63,887 nucleotides of DNA, taken from contig NMRA01000472.1 in assembly GCA_002633005.1 (NCBI GenBank), forward strand, positions 280,512 to 344,398. The letters run 5' to 3'. Source of the DNA: Phoronis australis (lineage: Eukaryota; Animalia; Phoronida). Every line of letters begins with the position of its first letter. Positions within the stretch are counted from its first letter, which is position 1. Shown in pieces: positions 1 through 14,200 of this stretch. The notes beneath the pieces are model-generated. The model made no database searches, was not told the origin of the DNA, and was given only the letters and a program-made list of their open reading frames with translations. The translations under genes and the position numbers were made by a program.

Positions 1-150
1 ATTAGACTTATTTCAAATCAGTCGCCGATGGCGGCAGGCCTAGGCTTGTGCACCTATGGCCTCGGTGTAACCATATCACTTTGCGGGTTATGATCATATT
101 TTTCAAAGTGTATTATGAGATAATAATACTCATGTTAATAAATCTATCAC

Positions 151-197
151 CCTCTGTCTCGCTCTCGCTCTCTCTCTCTCTCCCTCTCTTTCTCTCT
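151..197. repeat. Imperfect (CT)n microsatellite
   Basis: ctctgtctcgctctcgctctctctctctctccctctctttctctct. Confidence 0.9.
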
Positions 198-517
198 ACT
201 TGCGGGGAGGAATACCGTAGCTAGGTAGGTATCGTGCTCCGGTGACTGCTGTGGACAGATTTTCCTGCATCGGACCGGGGAGTCCCCTGTTGAAAGGCAA
301 ATTATTAAAAACCTTTTTCAAAAAAGTGACATTCTGTAGACTATACAGATACTTATAACTGATTCATAAAATTCAAAAATTTCTGAGTTTCATTTCCTGG
401 CCTGGGCGTCGCCCGACCTGAGACCCCTCCCCGTGAAGTCGCTCTTCGTCACCCCGATCTCAGTGTTATTTTTCGCTTGTACTGAATTTCCTTCAAGAAT
501 CTGTCAAAAATAATCGA

Positions 518-550
518 ATGGATAAAAATACTCGGTTGGTTATATTCTCA
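518..550 (+). CDS. Possible first coding exon of the ANK-protease gene (MDKNTRLVIFS)
   Basis: ATG plus 10 codons, then GTAAGG in phase 0, which matches the phase-0 acceptor at 2203. There is no homology support. Confidence 0.25.
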
Positions 551-2202
551 GTAAGGAGATATAGTTTGTTGTACGTAATCAGTTAAAATGCTCGACACAC
601 CCCTGTTCTGACCGAAGGCGATGATCCCGGAGAAAATAGGTGTCCTGCGTGGCACTCCTACATCATCGGGTGCAGCTTTCAGAAAGCTCTTACAAAAATG
701 CCATAATGTTGTTGTACACTAAAAGAAAACACAGAAATTGGAAACCTTGTTTTGTCCACGAAATCCAGTTCATAAGATTAGGAACGGGGTAGGAAAGTTC
801 CAGTAAGCCGCAAAATCAATTAGCGGGAATCACGAAAATATTAAAACTCTAGGACCATTTCACAAAATCACACGCCGTGGGAAAAAAGGCCCATCACAGC
901 TACAATGGAAAAAATTATACTAAAGGCATTTATTCTTTCTTGCTCAGTAAATAATTTGCCAAGGACAACATTTCAGATTAAAAATGTTTGATTGCGCCCT
1001 GAGCGCGTGGAGCGCTCCGAAGTGAAACCTAAGTTCAATCCTTGATGAACAATACTGCTTTTAAAGTCTGTAATGATAGTGTAGTATATCAAGGAACTTA
1101 CAAATATAGATGTAGTAGGAGTTACTTACTGCATGCGGGAACAAGACGAGCGAGAATCCTGCGTGAATTGAAATAAGATGCCTATCAAACCATATAAGAA
1201 AACAAAGTTATCAATTCGTACGCCTATCAAAAATATCTTGACAATTCGCAAAGACAAAAATGTCGAAGAAAATTATTTCTTGACAAAAGAAATTTAAGGC
1301 CTGTGTAACTTTCGCAAAACTTAAGAATTTAGTATCCTATTTTTAAAATGAAGACAGTCTGACAAAAACAAAACAATGGACATTATCAAATTTGTGGACA
1401 ATAAAATGCCATTCAGGACTTGGCTAGTACTGAAAATCCTAGAAGACACGTCATGTGACAACTGATGTTGCAGAGGCAAGTTCTCTATCTCTCAAGAAAA
1501 CTTCAACTTGCAACAAACCAACAAGTAGAAGCAGTTCAAAACTCGAGACCATCCCACACATTTGTAGCTTAGTCAAAGTTTGACGTCGATTGACTGCGTA
1601 GTGTACGTACCTCTCCCCAACCAGTACAATTTTTTACTGTTTACAAGTGGACAAATGGGCCTAGGATTGCTTTAACTATTTTGACCAACTGGTGAATGTA
1701 TTGAAAACTAGGCAAATAGCACCAATAAAGTTTTTGCAAAAGGAGTAACTTGTCATTTTCTTTTTGTAAAAATCATTGCAATATAATGAAGTTCTCATTA
1801 TACTGTGTTAAAATATGCAATGTATCATCATCCAGAACAGCTTGATCAGCACGGTAATAACTTTTTTTATTTTAGTATGTGATACTTCTTCAATTTAATT
1901 ACCAACTTAGTTAATTAATAGCTACCTTATGAGTTTGTGCATGGCAAAAGTGGGTTGTGACCACAACTTCTAGTGTACGTACTCTTTTATACAACTGCGA
2001 TGCGTTAGGTCATACAATTTTATTCGGTGGTTCTTGTGCAAAATATTTTAGATTACAAACCTGGAATGATGGTACTTTAAAACAACTCAGCTTTTAAAGT
2101 TATATGACAACCTTCATTTTTCACCAAAAGTGGCCACCGAATATGGACCTTGATTGCGATTTGACCGTATGCGATTTAAAATCTATTTGTTATTATTTTC
2201 AG

Positions 2203-2292
2203 GCTAGAGCAGCTGTAGTTACAGGCGACTGTTCTGCAGTTGTGGAGTATGTAAACAGTGGTTGGGATGTGGACCAAGTACTGAATTTGGCG
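2203..2292 (+). CDS. ANK-protease exon, N-cap-like ankyrin segment
   Basis: ttttcAG|[30 protein letters not shown]|GTAAGT; phase 0-0. Confidence 0.7.
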
Positions 2293-5200
2293 GTAAGTAT
2301 TTGCACATGAATACTCGTCTGATCATTATTGCCTTGAAATACACCTTGTAGCAAACAATTCTATGCAACCGCTATCTTAAAAGTTTAATTACGATAGCAT
2401 TGCCTCCCTGATTTTACGTTTGATATATCAACACTGTAAACTGTTAACCAAAGCAACATGTGAACAGCGTGGTAAACAATACAAAGCAGTAATAACAAAA
2501 TATTCACATTTAACTACGGAAGTTATGACAACTTTCTTACTTTAAGTTAACAGAACGCGTATGTTGGTGAGAAAAACACAATGAAATTATGACGTGGTCC
2601 TACGAACAACAAACTGGGAACTTCACTAAGTAGCACTTCATAGACGCCGTTCTGCAAGTCATGAGAATCAGTTATTTACCAATCTGGCATGGAATACTAT
2701 AAATGGTATCTGTTACATCGTCGTCTGCCTTCACAACAAGGATCACGCAAACGATGTATGAAAGAATTAGAAACAGACCGATTTAGACAAATCCACAGGC
2801 GCACCGGAGGGACAAATTTGGAAAATGTGTCTGAATTTTTCAGAGTTTAACAATAATCTTCACCTAAATATTTTTACAGATTTCCTTTGTTATTGTACGT
2901 CGGCATATGACTGTAGGAAGAATGATTTTATTTTTTCCTCAAAAGCACTGGTGAAAATTGACCTTTTATAATGATACATTTATATCATTTTTAATTTACT
3001 GTTTTCATTGGGATTGTGTGAAATACATCTACATGTATGCCTTGATTATCGTGGGTTTGTGAGTGGCTCGACTGTAAGAGGCTGGAGTTAAGAAAGATAT
3101 TCTGGGAGCGAAACCCCGAGAGTTCTCTAGCTGTCTTGCAGCTTGGAAAAACTATCCAAATTCACATTGTCTAGTTTAAAATACACGGTGTAATCTCGCA
3201 ATGGGCCCAGCGATGTACTAGCGTTTTTGAACTCTATCCAGGTCGAGTGATGTTCGAATTTTGTATTGCTTATATTCTTTACTTTGTCGAGAACGTGAGA
3301 TGCTAACACCTAAATGAAATTTTCATTACAATGACTTTTTGTACCACTTATTGTGTTCGACCATTTCATGACACCAGTAGTGATTAACGCAACCTTGATA
3401 TGATAATCTGTCCAGCACAAGCAAAGGTACCGGACCATCTCCATGTACTTGGTGGATTATATAACCATAATCAAATAGGTTAAATGGTCTGTACGCACAT
3501 GTACCAAATGATTTGAAACATGCATGAACGATGCAATACAAATTCCAATAGGTGGATTGGTGTTTATTTTTTTGCAAACGGGCGTGTCAGCGTGGTTCAA
3601 ATGACATTTCATCATTTACATGTGTACTATCATGCCTAGATTTCTTTACACATGTTTTGGGGAATAATTTCACTATCCAGGTTCACATAAATATTGTGTC
3701 AGTGTGCAATTGGGGCGTCTAGAAAACGTAAGATCAACACTTTATCTCAGCCTTGAAGCTTTCATGTGCTTAGTACGAACTCTGAGTTAAAGTTAGATGC
3801 AACTGCAGTTGGATAGAGAGGCTTAGAGGGTGTTTTCAAGATCTGGGTGAATTTTGACTGTATCAAATAATTTACCATTGACTCAGTCATGGATAGTTTT
3901 GCGGCTCATGTGTCATGACTGAAGAAGAGCAGAAATATGACACCACCCTTCGGTACCCCAACATGTACGTAAGCAAACGCGGTTAGTGAGGGTTTTGAAG
4001 ACACACCGTCTAGTCCTACTACCCGATTAGATTGTTACGGTACATGTACATGTATATGTATAAAGTGAATAGTGCGTTCAGAGTGTCAGATTCGATAAGA
4101 GAAAACTTTGCTCAAGAAGAAATCTTGAGAAACCGTGTCAAACGCCGATTGATAATCTAACATTAAACCCATTTTTCATCTTATTATCGTATCTCGTGAA
4201 CATTTTCGTACAGGTGAGATACGGTACTCTTTCTCCTCATAAAACCAAAGTGAATTTGGACTAATTTATTGCAATTTGTAGAAAGTGAAGTCTTCGTACG
4301 TTTTATTCGATGTCAATTTTAAAGAAAGAAATTTGAAATGTTTCAGCACTGCAGTTATTCTCAATTCTTTTCTAATTGATTACCATACTTTAAGTTTCAA
4401 AAAGTAGGGTAGGTGCCTGTAAGTGGAATTTTGTTTTATAGATGAATGGTCGGCGCAGGCACATCTTTTATGCTTGTTTAATTTTTTTATTTGTTACATA
4501 GACGGTGCAGTCACTTTTGTTTACACCAGTGTTTTCTAGTAAATATATGGCAAGTGCTAGGGTCTCTTGGAAAATAGACAGGTGAACTGGACGGTTTGCA
4601 AACAAATGTGGGTATTCAGCTGTTGTTTTATTTGCGAAGGAATCCAAGAAAAGAGCACTTAAACTGTGCTCGTTAATTCCCATCTTGTGATTTAATAATA
4701 AGATATACCAGTAAGTTGATTTTGTTTCTTAGTCGCGTTTTGTTTATGAAAGAGCAGTATTCATTTGCCTTGTTGAAACATTACATACATTTGTGTATGT
4801 AAAGGTTTCATATTGTTCTGGTGCGGTGTAAAACTTGGCTAACTTGCTTTTAATAGTTGGAAATTGATTTAGGTTGTTAAAAATTCAACGCATAGTTTGT
4901 TTCAAGTTTGATCTAAATAAGATATTAGTTTTGTTGATCTCGCCTTTGACGTTGTTGTTGAATCAAAATTTGGGTCTTCACTTTAGTAGTTTAGGATTTC
5001 CAAAATTGTTTTATTTACTGACAACATGTGTCCTAGACGTTGTCGCAAATAATAGTCTTCCGGTTTGCTGCATTTTCTGTCGTGTAGAACTGGTTCATCG
5101 TTACAAGTTTTAAGGCAGTTTCGTTATCACAGTTCCCTATAGGTCACAGGACCTCCTGCTAAGTTTCACGGTCTTCTACATACCAAATGCCCTGACTGGC

Positions 5201-8200
5201 ATCTAAGTCACCCTTTATTATCACTAGGGTATATCATTAACTCAAACGTCGTCTCAAATCATTCTGTAACCATGATAGATAATTATTTCTATGCCAAACG
5301 GAACGTGCAGGGCGTCTGCACGTAAAACGAAGGCAAAAAAGAATACGAAGAATTTCAGAATGCAGTCAGTTTTGACAGAATTGAAAGAAAACCCCATCTA
5401 AAATTGAACTGTTTCAATTCAATGACAGGTTACACCTCACTTTCTTTGCCGTGGTATAGACCAACTGATATGATGACGAAGTTAATTTATCTCGTTAAAA
5501 TATTGAATACGTTAGTTTTAACATCCGCCACTTGGGCAATTGTTTGTCAAAAACATATTCCGGAAAATATACGTACCATAAACCGCGTATCAAATGACAA
5601 CTGTGCAAATATTACGCATGGAAAAAATTATAACACCGTGCAAATTTAGGTGAAATTTCGAACAGTGTGTATAAAAGCACATTCGCTTGAAAACGTGACC
5701 AATAAGTTAATGCAAAACGCGAAACTTGTTTGCGTTCCTGTAGTGTAACGGCAAAGTCTGCTATGGTGGGGTGTAGACTTTTTCAGGATTTCCGGATAAT
5801 TGATAAGAAACACTAAACAGAACGAACCTGAAGCTCTTTTATCGCGTCATTCCCCGTTAACTGTTGGGATTTTCAGCTTTTTGTGAATTAATACACTGGA
5901 GATGTGTTTAATAAATATTAAGTCAGATCACTATTTATTTCCAGTTTCAGTCGGAGTCTTAGTTCACGTGAATGAAAAAATACGTTAGGGTCACATCAGA
6001 TCTGTACACCTACATGTAAACATTTACATTTGTTCGTGAGTATTGAAGGCCTCTTTAAACACAGACAAGTTTACCGGTGAAGCTCGTGTGCACGTGAAAA
6101 CTGCCCGGCGACAAATCTCTGCTTTGTCAAAAGTGCGATTCCTCACCGCGTCGTTTCAAGCCACTGAACGGCATGCATGTGCAATTCTTGGAGCATAATT
6201 TGCTCGCTTGCGTTCAGTGGAATTAGTCTTCATTAGGTTATGTTCTTACCTAAGACGTAAGTATTCCCAAATTTTAGGTCTCAACATTGAGTTCTTACGT
6301 TTGATGAAATTGTTCTTCTCCACAACAATTGAAAAGCCCTGAACGTGCATCATGCAAAGCAAATCGAATTCGTGAAGCATGACGTTTCCGTAAGGGTTTT
6401 GTACGTCTACCGTACTATGGCACATTATTTCGCGAGTTCACAGTATTTGTCGCAAATCGATGTTCTCTAACAGTCACGTGCTTTCAAGTAACCAAGTAGG
6501 GAACATAAACTTGAACAAAAACATTTGTTGACAAAATTCTCACGACTATTAATCTACTGTCATCGAAGTCGCTAAAGAAGCAAAGATATATCCTGTAACT
6601 ATGAGTTCAAACTTCCTCCATTTGTTTGCTCTTCGAATTCTGCGACTCGCACGACTGAAAAATATCCTGACCAAAAACAAAACCGCTTAAGTTTTTTTTT
6701 AGCCCAATGTCATATTGTGCATTTAACGTCATTGATTTGGGCAGAAATTGTATTAATTTTGGTTCAATTTTTAAGATGACATCAACAGTTACCAAGCAAA
6801 CGGATTGATCATCAGGAACAATTCAGATCAAGTAACATAATAAAGTCAATGTGGCTTACACTTTTTTACGTTTTCAATTATTAGTTTTTTTATAGAATAA
6901 CTAGCTTCAAAATAACACCCATTCTGTACGGGTTTCCATAATCGGGTAATTCGAGTTTGCTGCCTTAGCACGGAATACACTGTGGGTGTCATACAATTAT
7001 GCAGAACATTGGTAGATTCGAAACCACGCGTGACTCCAGCATGCATGTCGCTGCGGTTACTTCGCTTTCGGAAGCCTAAAACCAAACCGGCATTTTGTTA
7101 TTACATGGGCGGCGCACCATAGGGGGCTGGGGAGGCTATAGCCCCACCACATTTTTCAAGGTTCTGGCGCCCATGGTCTATGGGCGGGGTACCACAGGGG
7201 AACTGGGGAGGGGGGCTATAGCCCCCCACTTTTTTCAGGGCTGCTGTTGTTAAGTAAAATGAGTATGGCCCCTGTAGAATGCGTTAGTGACAAATTCAAA
7301 CCACGGGGTCGCTTACAGCATACCATGTCTCCGTTGACAGCTGCAAATATAGCACACTGCTACTCGAAACGTTGATTCAGTTACCGCTATTTAACGCATC
7401 ATGCAGTATTGAAAATCATGGATTAGGCACAAAGTAGCAAACTTGAGTAGGGTCGTTGTTCCAAATAATTGTTGCACTAAAAACTGTTGGAGTAGCGACA
7501 TTTGTTGTAATACGCTACTTTTGTGCAACGCACACCACCAATTCGTGAATTTATGGATGTCGTTAACGCCTACAGTTTTTTAGACACTCGCAATGAATAT
7601 CTCCAATTCTCTTTGGCTGCCGATTCAGTTAGAACAGTACTCTTTCCAAGCGAGTTTAAAAATCAGAGACGTAGTCGACTGACTACCCCGGGAGCAAAAA
7701 TCTCGCATGCTATGCGCGAATATTCCGAATAATTTTATTGTTCCTCTGCTGGGACCTTGACCGTGCCAATCCACTTGATCAAGCAGTGTTGCAATGCCAT
7801 GCGACCTGGGATATTTTAATTGAATAATCAGGACATTTTACTTGAAAATTGACATGTTTTTTCCACCACAACGTGTGATACGTTGATCGTTTCAGAATTA
7901 TTGGAAACATTGCTGTTTTGTACCGTTTTATCACCTGTTCTGCCGTGGTGCAGAACTTTTTTCGGCGCATCCGAAAATTTGCAATAGTAGTCAAAAATTC
8001 TTGCGGGTGAAACAAGTCAAAGATTGTATCTGCACTATATCATGTTCAGGCGATGCATGTATGTTCACATTGAAATGTAAAAGTCATCTATAGGCGCGTT
8101 CTCTGTTAGTGTTCTTTCGACCTTGCTTTGGCAACAACTAACTAATGGTCGGACCTCCATGAGTTGTTTCATATTTCCAGGTATCAGCCGAGAAGTATAG

Positions 8201-11200
8201 ATACACAAACTCAGCAGGCATTATGCTTGAAATTCCAGGTTGCACAATTCAACTTGACACGAGTGGCCAAAACCTGAGCTCCCATGAGAATTTGGGTGTG
8301 TAGAGTTGTGTTATTGCATCATTCTGTCGTATTGAGACTGACTTCAAAAATAGCAGTTATTTAAGGATAACGATGTAACTTCATTTTTAAAATAGAAACA
8401 TTCTTGACATGGTTGCTCTGCCGTATTTTAAAGATTAACGGGGACTCGGTGGATGAAATTGGGTTATGAAATCAATCACTACGAGTGAGTATCACCTCTG
8501 TGCAGGTCACCAAAAAACAGTCGTGTCTGGAAATTGTTCTTGTAAAGTAAGCCAAAGCGACCTACATGTAGGCCTAATTTTGTTACTTTATCTCGATGCT
8601 CTGTTCTAAACGTAACTGATATATTGCAAGCTCAATAAATATTTCTCAAAACAATTAGAATGATATCAATGACGCTTGCTTGATTTTAATCAGGCCGCAT
8701 TTTTATTGCTCAAAAGTGTATCGGGTTTTTAAATTTTAGTGAAATGAAGTACAGTTTTGACGTGCCAGTGTAAGTCTAATTATTGATTTCCAGATTTTGT
8801 TCTATTAATAGATGGACTGGTGTACACATGACGCATTGTACTACTGGGTGATTTTACATAAAGAAAGGAATTTTAAAGATTAATTTAGATATTTTTCTAA
8901 CATTCAAATGTTTGACAGTACAACGTGTTATAATTTTTGGGTGACTGCTATTATTCTACTGCACAGTATTTTGCAATTGTACACATTATCTGTACTTATT
9001 TCTTCCAAAATGTTGTCCAAGTGAACGTGGGATCCAAATGGCCGTCGGCTACTCGAGGGGTAACTTGAAATTGCGGCTTTTGTTCAAGTTGTTGAATTTT
9101 TGTATTCTTTGTTTGGTTGTCATAGAATCGGTCGTTTTCATTCCGTTGCATATTCTCTGAGACCAAGTATTTTTGACATTTCCCTCTTTACGCACCATTC
9201 TGAAACAAAATGTTGAATAAAATAAATCAACAAACATCTCAAACTTTTGTTACAATATAGAAAGCTGTACCCATGCCAAACACCAGTTTGAACGTCTGGG
9301 CCCGGTCTCTAATCTTTGTACTCGAAACGAACTCGAAACTATTTTTGGCAATTTCTCTGCTCCTTTTGTGCGAACTTAAGATAATTGGTTATCAAACTGT
9401 GCTCGAATACATTATAGTTTATGCATAAGACTTTCTAGGTCAAGTTTGCCCTTGAAGACCCTTGTATTCGTGCTACAAACTCGAGTAAAACCTCGAAATT
9501 TCGAGTTCAAACTCGAACTTATTGCTTTAAAGTTGGGTTTACAAACTGTGAACTAAGGGCAATAAATTATCTACGTAGGTTATTGTGTACTCGAGCATAG
9601 AATAATAGTCACTTATCTTGAGTTCGCCCAAAAGTAGAGTAGAAAATGCCAAACCTAATTTCGAGTTCCATTTCGAGTAAAAAGATTGGAGACCGGGCCC
9701 TGGTCGTAAAATTGTCAAACGAAACTAGAGAAAAAAAACAAATTGCAACATCGTTTATTTGGTTAGTCACGGACTCTTTAATTGGTTCTTTGCGATAAGG
9801 AAGTGTCCCTTTAAATATATTCAAGAACTGACAAATGTATCAATTTATCGCGTGTACACGCGAAAACTGTCTGGAAAAGCGCTCTTTTTAAAAGCAACGC
9901 TTGGCCTGGCCAGACCGCTGCCACGTCGTCTCAAGAATAGCAGAACAATTTGTGTTTGCGTCGAAATGAAAGCCACAAGATTGATTGGTTTTCTGAACAG
10001 CAATCATGACAAGAAGAATGGTTTTGGTGAAATGTGTTTCAACGTGCGTTTAATTTGTAGAAAACTCTTTATTCTTTTCCAGAACATTTTGCCTGCTGAC
10101 ATGTTGTTTGATGCCATTAACAAGTTGAATTGAGTTTCCTGTTCCCGTTTTCCTGACCAGTAACAAACCCTATACCAAGGATTGCTTATATTTTTTTCCT
10201 TTTACAACTTCATACTTCAGTTACGTTTTGATAATATCCATTGCCAGTAGTCAATTTACACTATATTGATTTTCTCTCATCCTTTTCTTCCTGGTTGTTC
10301 CTGATTTAAATTTGTTAGAAGAAATTATTTTGCAGCTCAGGAAAAAGTGAAATTGGTCTTCATAATTTAGTTTGACCATGTTTTTCAATTCACGCCTCCA
10401 GCAGGGATTCGTTTGCGGTAGACCTACTAATTAAAGCAAACCACGAAAGCTTTACCCATATAATCACAGCTTTCACATAAGTGCATTTGCCTTTAACATT
10501 TTCTTCTATTACATTGTGCCTAAAAATATCCGGCAAGTCACATTTCGTTTTGTTTATCCGAAAATTGAAATAGACCTATTACTCTCATGAAACCCATTTC
10601 TTAAAAATGACCAAGTTTGAAAATCAAGGTCACGTTATTGTCAATAACAGTGATAGCCCTTTCCTAGCTAAAACCAGTCATCCGGACTTTGATAAAAGTG
10701 TTCATATTTTTAAAGAACATGTCATGTCTTCGCTCTGAGGATTGTTACTGAAACAAACGTACTACGAGAGCGACGTAACGTTGTTCTTTAAAAATGTTGA
10801 CTCGAACGACAACTGATGTATTACCTGATAAACAGAGAGTAGATTTAGTAATTGTGTGTACAAATGTATTATTTCAACGTTTCCATGATGAGTGATTAAG
10901 ATTCACGGTGAAGTTAATGATTGTGAAGTTTGCTATAACTTGTTCATTGTTTCTGCAGGGCCGCACAGCACTACACAGTGCAGCAGTGGAGGGACGTACA
11001 GAGGTGGCGCGTGTTTTGTGTGAAGCAGGCGCTAACGTCAACAAGCAAGACTTGGTAATAGAAACTACTTGAGACGATTTTATAATTAAGACAATGTTAT
11101 CTTTGTTACAAAGCTGTAGACTATCTGAAGTTTAACTAAACATGTTGTGTGTAAATACACTTTTTATTTCTCATCATTTCGACATGTATTTTTCAATCTG

Positions 11201-14200
11201 TACCCGGTACATGCATCTTAAGAAACAGTGAGGTTTGAATTGTGTCAACAATATATTTGGCGACTTAACGTTGATATTTTTCTATTCTTAATGGTAATCA
11301 TCCATTCAACATTACAACTTTATATTGAACAGGAAGCCGTTAAACCGATGTATAAACACAACAAGGAGGGGTCACTGTGAAGTCATGGCGGCGCTCAGTA
11401 ATTTCTGGCAGTCGCCTTCTACACCATGTTCTGTTCTTACTTCAAGGTTTTAAAATCACCTGTAAAACTTGAGTGATCGTTACAAGTATTGTATCGTCTT
11501 AGAGGGGTCAGTAATGTGTCATTTATGTCACCTTACAAGTTCACTTTCCCCCGTGTATGTTAATTTGCTCTAAACGTTGATCGTCCATTCACACATCTCC
11601 ATTATATATTACATAGTTGTCGGGCTGGACACCGCTGCACTGTGCAGCAGGGTATGGTCATACACAGACAGTGGAGTGTCTTGTGGAACACAACGCTACA
11701 GTGGATGCCCGTAATGAGGTAATTAATGACACACAGGTTGTTTGGTTGAACTAGTTGTTCACAGAAGAGATGATTAAAACCGTTGAAGAACAAATTTTGT
11801 TGATATTTTCCCAATTTAATGTCCTTAAACAATGTCAAAATAAATGTCGTCTGCTTTCCGTTAGAGAACTGCCAAAGCTGCATCCGAACATTTCAGTTGA
11901 TTCATTATTGTTGTTTTATTTACCTATATATATATTCTACATTTCGTCAAACAATAGTTTCCTTCACACGATCTGGATCGCCTCATTTAGTTTCAGATTT
12001 ATTTTCTACGTTATTTTGATTGTCTAACACTTTACAGCGCACAATTACTTGCTGTGTGTTACCGGCCTGTAACGAGACAGGGAACACTGAACACCGCTCT
12101 GTTGTTTTGTTCTTAAACTTAACATTTCCCTGTTGAAATCATTTCAAGTATCCTAGCGTCTTAGAGGGGTCAGCAATGTTTCATTTATGTCACCTTACAA
12201 GTTCACTTTCCCCCGTGTATGTTAATTTGCTCTAAACGTTGATTGTCCATTCACACATCTCCATTATATATTACATAGTGGGGCTGGACACCGCTGCACT
12301 GGGCAGCACGGAATGGTCGTACAGAGACAGTGAAGTGTCTTGTGGAACACAACGCTACAGCGGATGTCCGTGATGAGGTAATTAATGACACACAGGTTGT
12401 TTGGTTGAATTAGTTGTTTACACAAGTGATGATTAAAACTGTTGAGTAACAAATTTTGTTGATATTTTTAGTAATGTAATGTCTCTAAACAATGTCAGTT
12501 TAAATTTCTGCTGCTTTCCATAGCGGGGCCACACACCGCTGCACCTGGCAGCACGGGAGGGTCATACAGCCGTCGTACAGTGTCTCATCGAACACCGGGC
12601 CAACGTGAACGTCTGTGATGAGGTAATTAATGACACACAGGTTGATGAACACACAATACGTGATAAGGCTGAATTATTGAGTGTTTTAATTAAATAATCA
12701 CGAATTGTAATTTTGCTTGTAAACTTTGAATTCACGGCACGTGTTGTGACGCGCACGTGACGTGACGTGCTCGCGACATTAAATTATTAGAAACAGTTTT
12801 CACTTCACCTGGATTTGTGCATTGAGCAATGGTTCTTTACTTGCATTTCCATAGCACTCACTAAATGATTGTGACTCTGTTGTAATATATAACATCAAAT
12901 TGTAATATTTGAAATCAGTCGCGTGACTACAACAGATCAGCATTTAAGAAATTGCGCTCATTTTTGTCTGAGTTTAAATGTCAGTTGTAGTCGTGCTCTG
13001 TTGAGTCACCCACTTCATACAGTAAGTATGCAACTGAAGGCGAAGTTCTGAAAGGTATTAAGCGTGACTCCCTGTTGACGCACTCACTTTGCTATGTATG
13101 ATGCTGACCAGCATTCTATCATTTTTGTTCATTTACTGTAGGATGGAGACACACCGGTACATCATGCATCCCAGATGGGACAGGCAGCGGTCGTGGAGGT
13201 GCTGGACGGTGAAGGCTGCTGCGATGCGGCTGCCGTAAACAAGGTATCTCAAGAGTGCTGTACTCAGAATTTAGTTAATGCTGCAATAAATGTGTTTTAA
13301 ATGAAAATTGAGTTCGAGGATTTGTTCACTCATAATAAATATCTGATCAAAAATGAACAACCTCTTTTCGTGGAGTTATACAAAGAGTCACTTCTTCACT
13401 GCAAGTACCTTCCCAGAACACGCAGAGAAACCAAAGCCGCTGGTCTGATCGTACAATCGGTACACAAACTAAAAACAAACCAAACACCCCATCAGGCGTC
13501 AAAAACAGGCACACATTTTGATATTCTCATTTCATAAAAAGATGCAGATTTTTATCAGGTAAGTGCTTGGAATCAGGTGTGCATTTAGGGACCTCAGTAA
13601 AGGTTTTTGTCAAGGTTGATTTAAAAAGCGATTATTAGTCGTGTAGTTTCGTGGTATATTTTTAATGCCAATACACTTCTGTGTAATATGTTCCTGTCAT
13701 GATTTGATTTATATATTCTGTGATGGGGTAATGTAGGGGATGAATTATTCAAACCCCACGTCCTGTTTTCACAATTCGAGGAGTCTTCTTAAACTAAACT
13801 CTGGAAACAGCAGAGCGCTGTAAAACTAAATCACGCGCCGTAATCTTTTGTGATCCATTATAAATCCAGGGTATTGGAATATGTTTGGTTCACCCCTCAC
13901 GCCACCATGGTATTTCGGGTACCAGTTCAGGGTTCTCGCCGCAGCGAATCAAACAAAGCCTTTTGGAATAAAGGTTTCTGGTCAAACCGCTAGACGTTCG
14001 TTTTCATAGAAATACATGTACGAATACGCAAAAACTTAAATGAATGGACAAAAATCTTTATATCGCTACATTGTTATGACAAACTTATATTTTTAAAGGT
14101 TGATTTCAAGTTTGGATTGAGAATAAATCGAATCGAAAAATTTTTAACACGCTCGTTGGAATTTCAACACTAGCGAGTAGAACAGTTCGAGTTCTTGAAC

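Larger units (their letters stand above)
11483..12523 (+). repeat. Local duplication of an ankyrin exon with flanking intron (offset about 662 bp)
   Basis: 11483-11864 aligns with 12145-12523 across upstream intron, exon and downstream intron. Confidence 0.95.

Noticed and set aside
2293-10958. Additional ankyrin exons in the 8.7-kb intron (and in 13244-19674)
   Set aside because: I found no GxTPLH-like exon with splice sites by eye; divergent exons cannot be excluded without RNA data.
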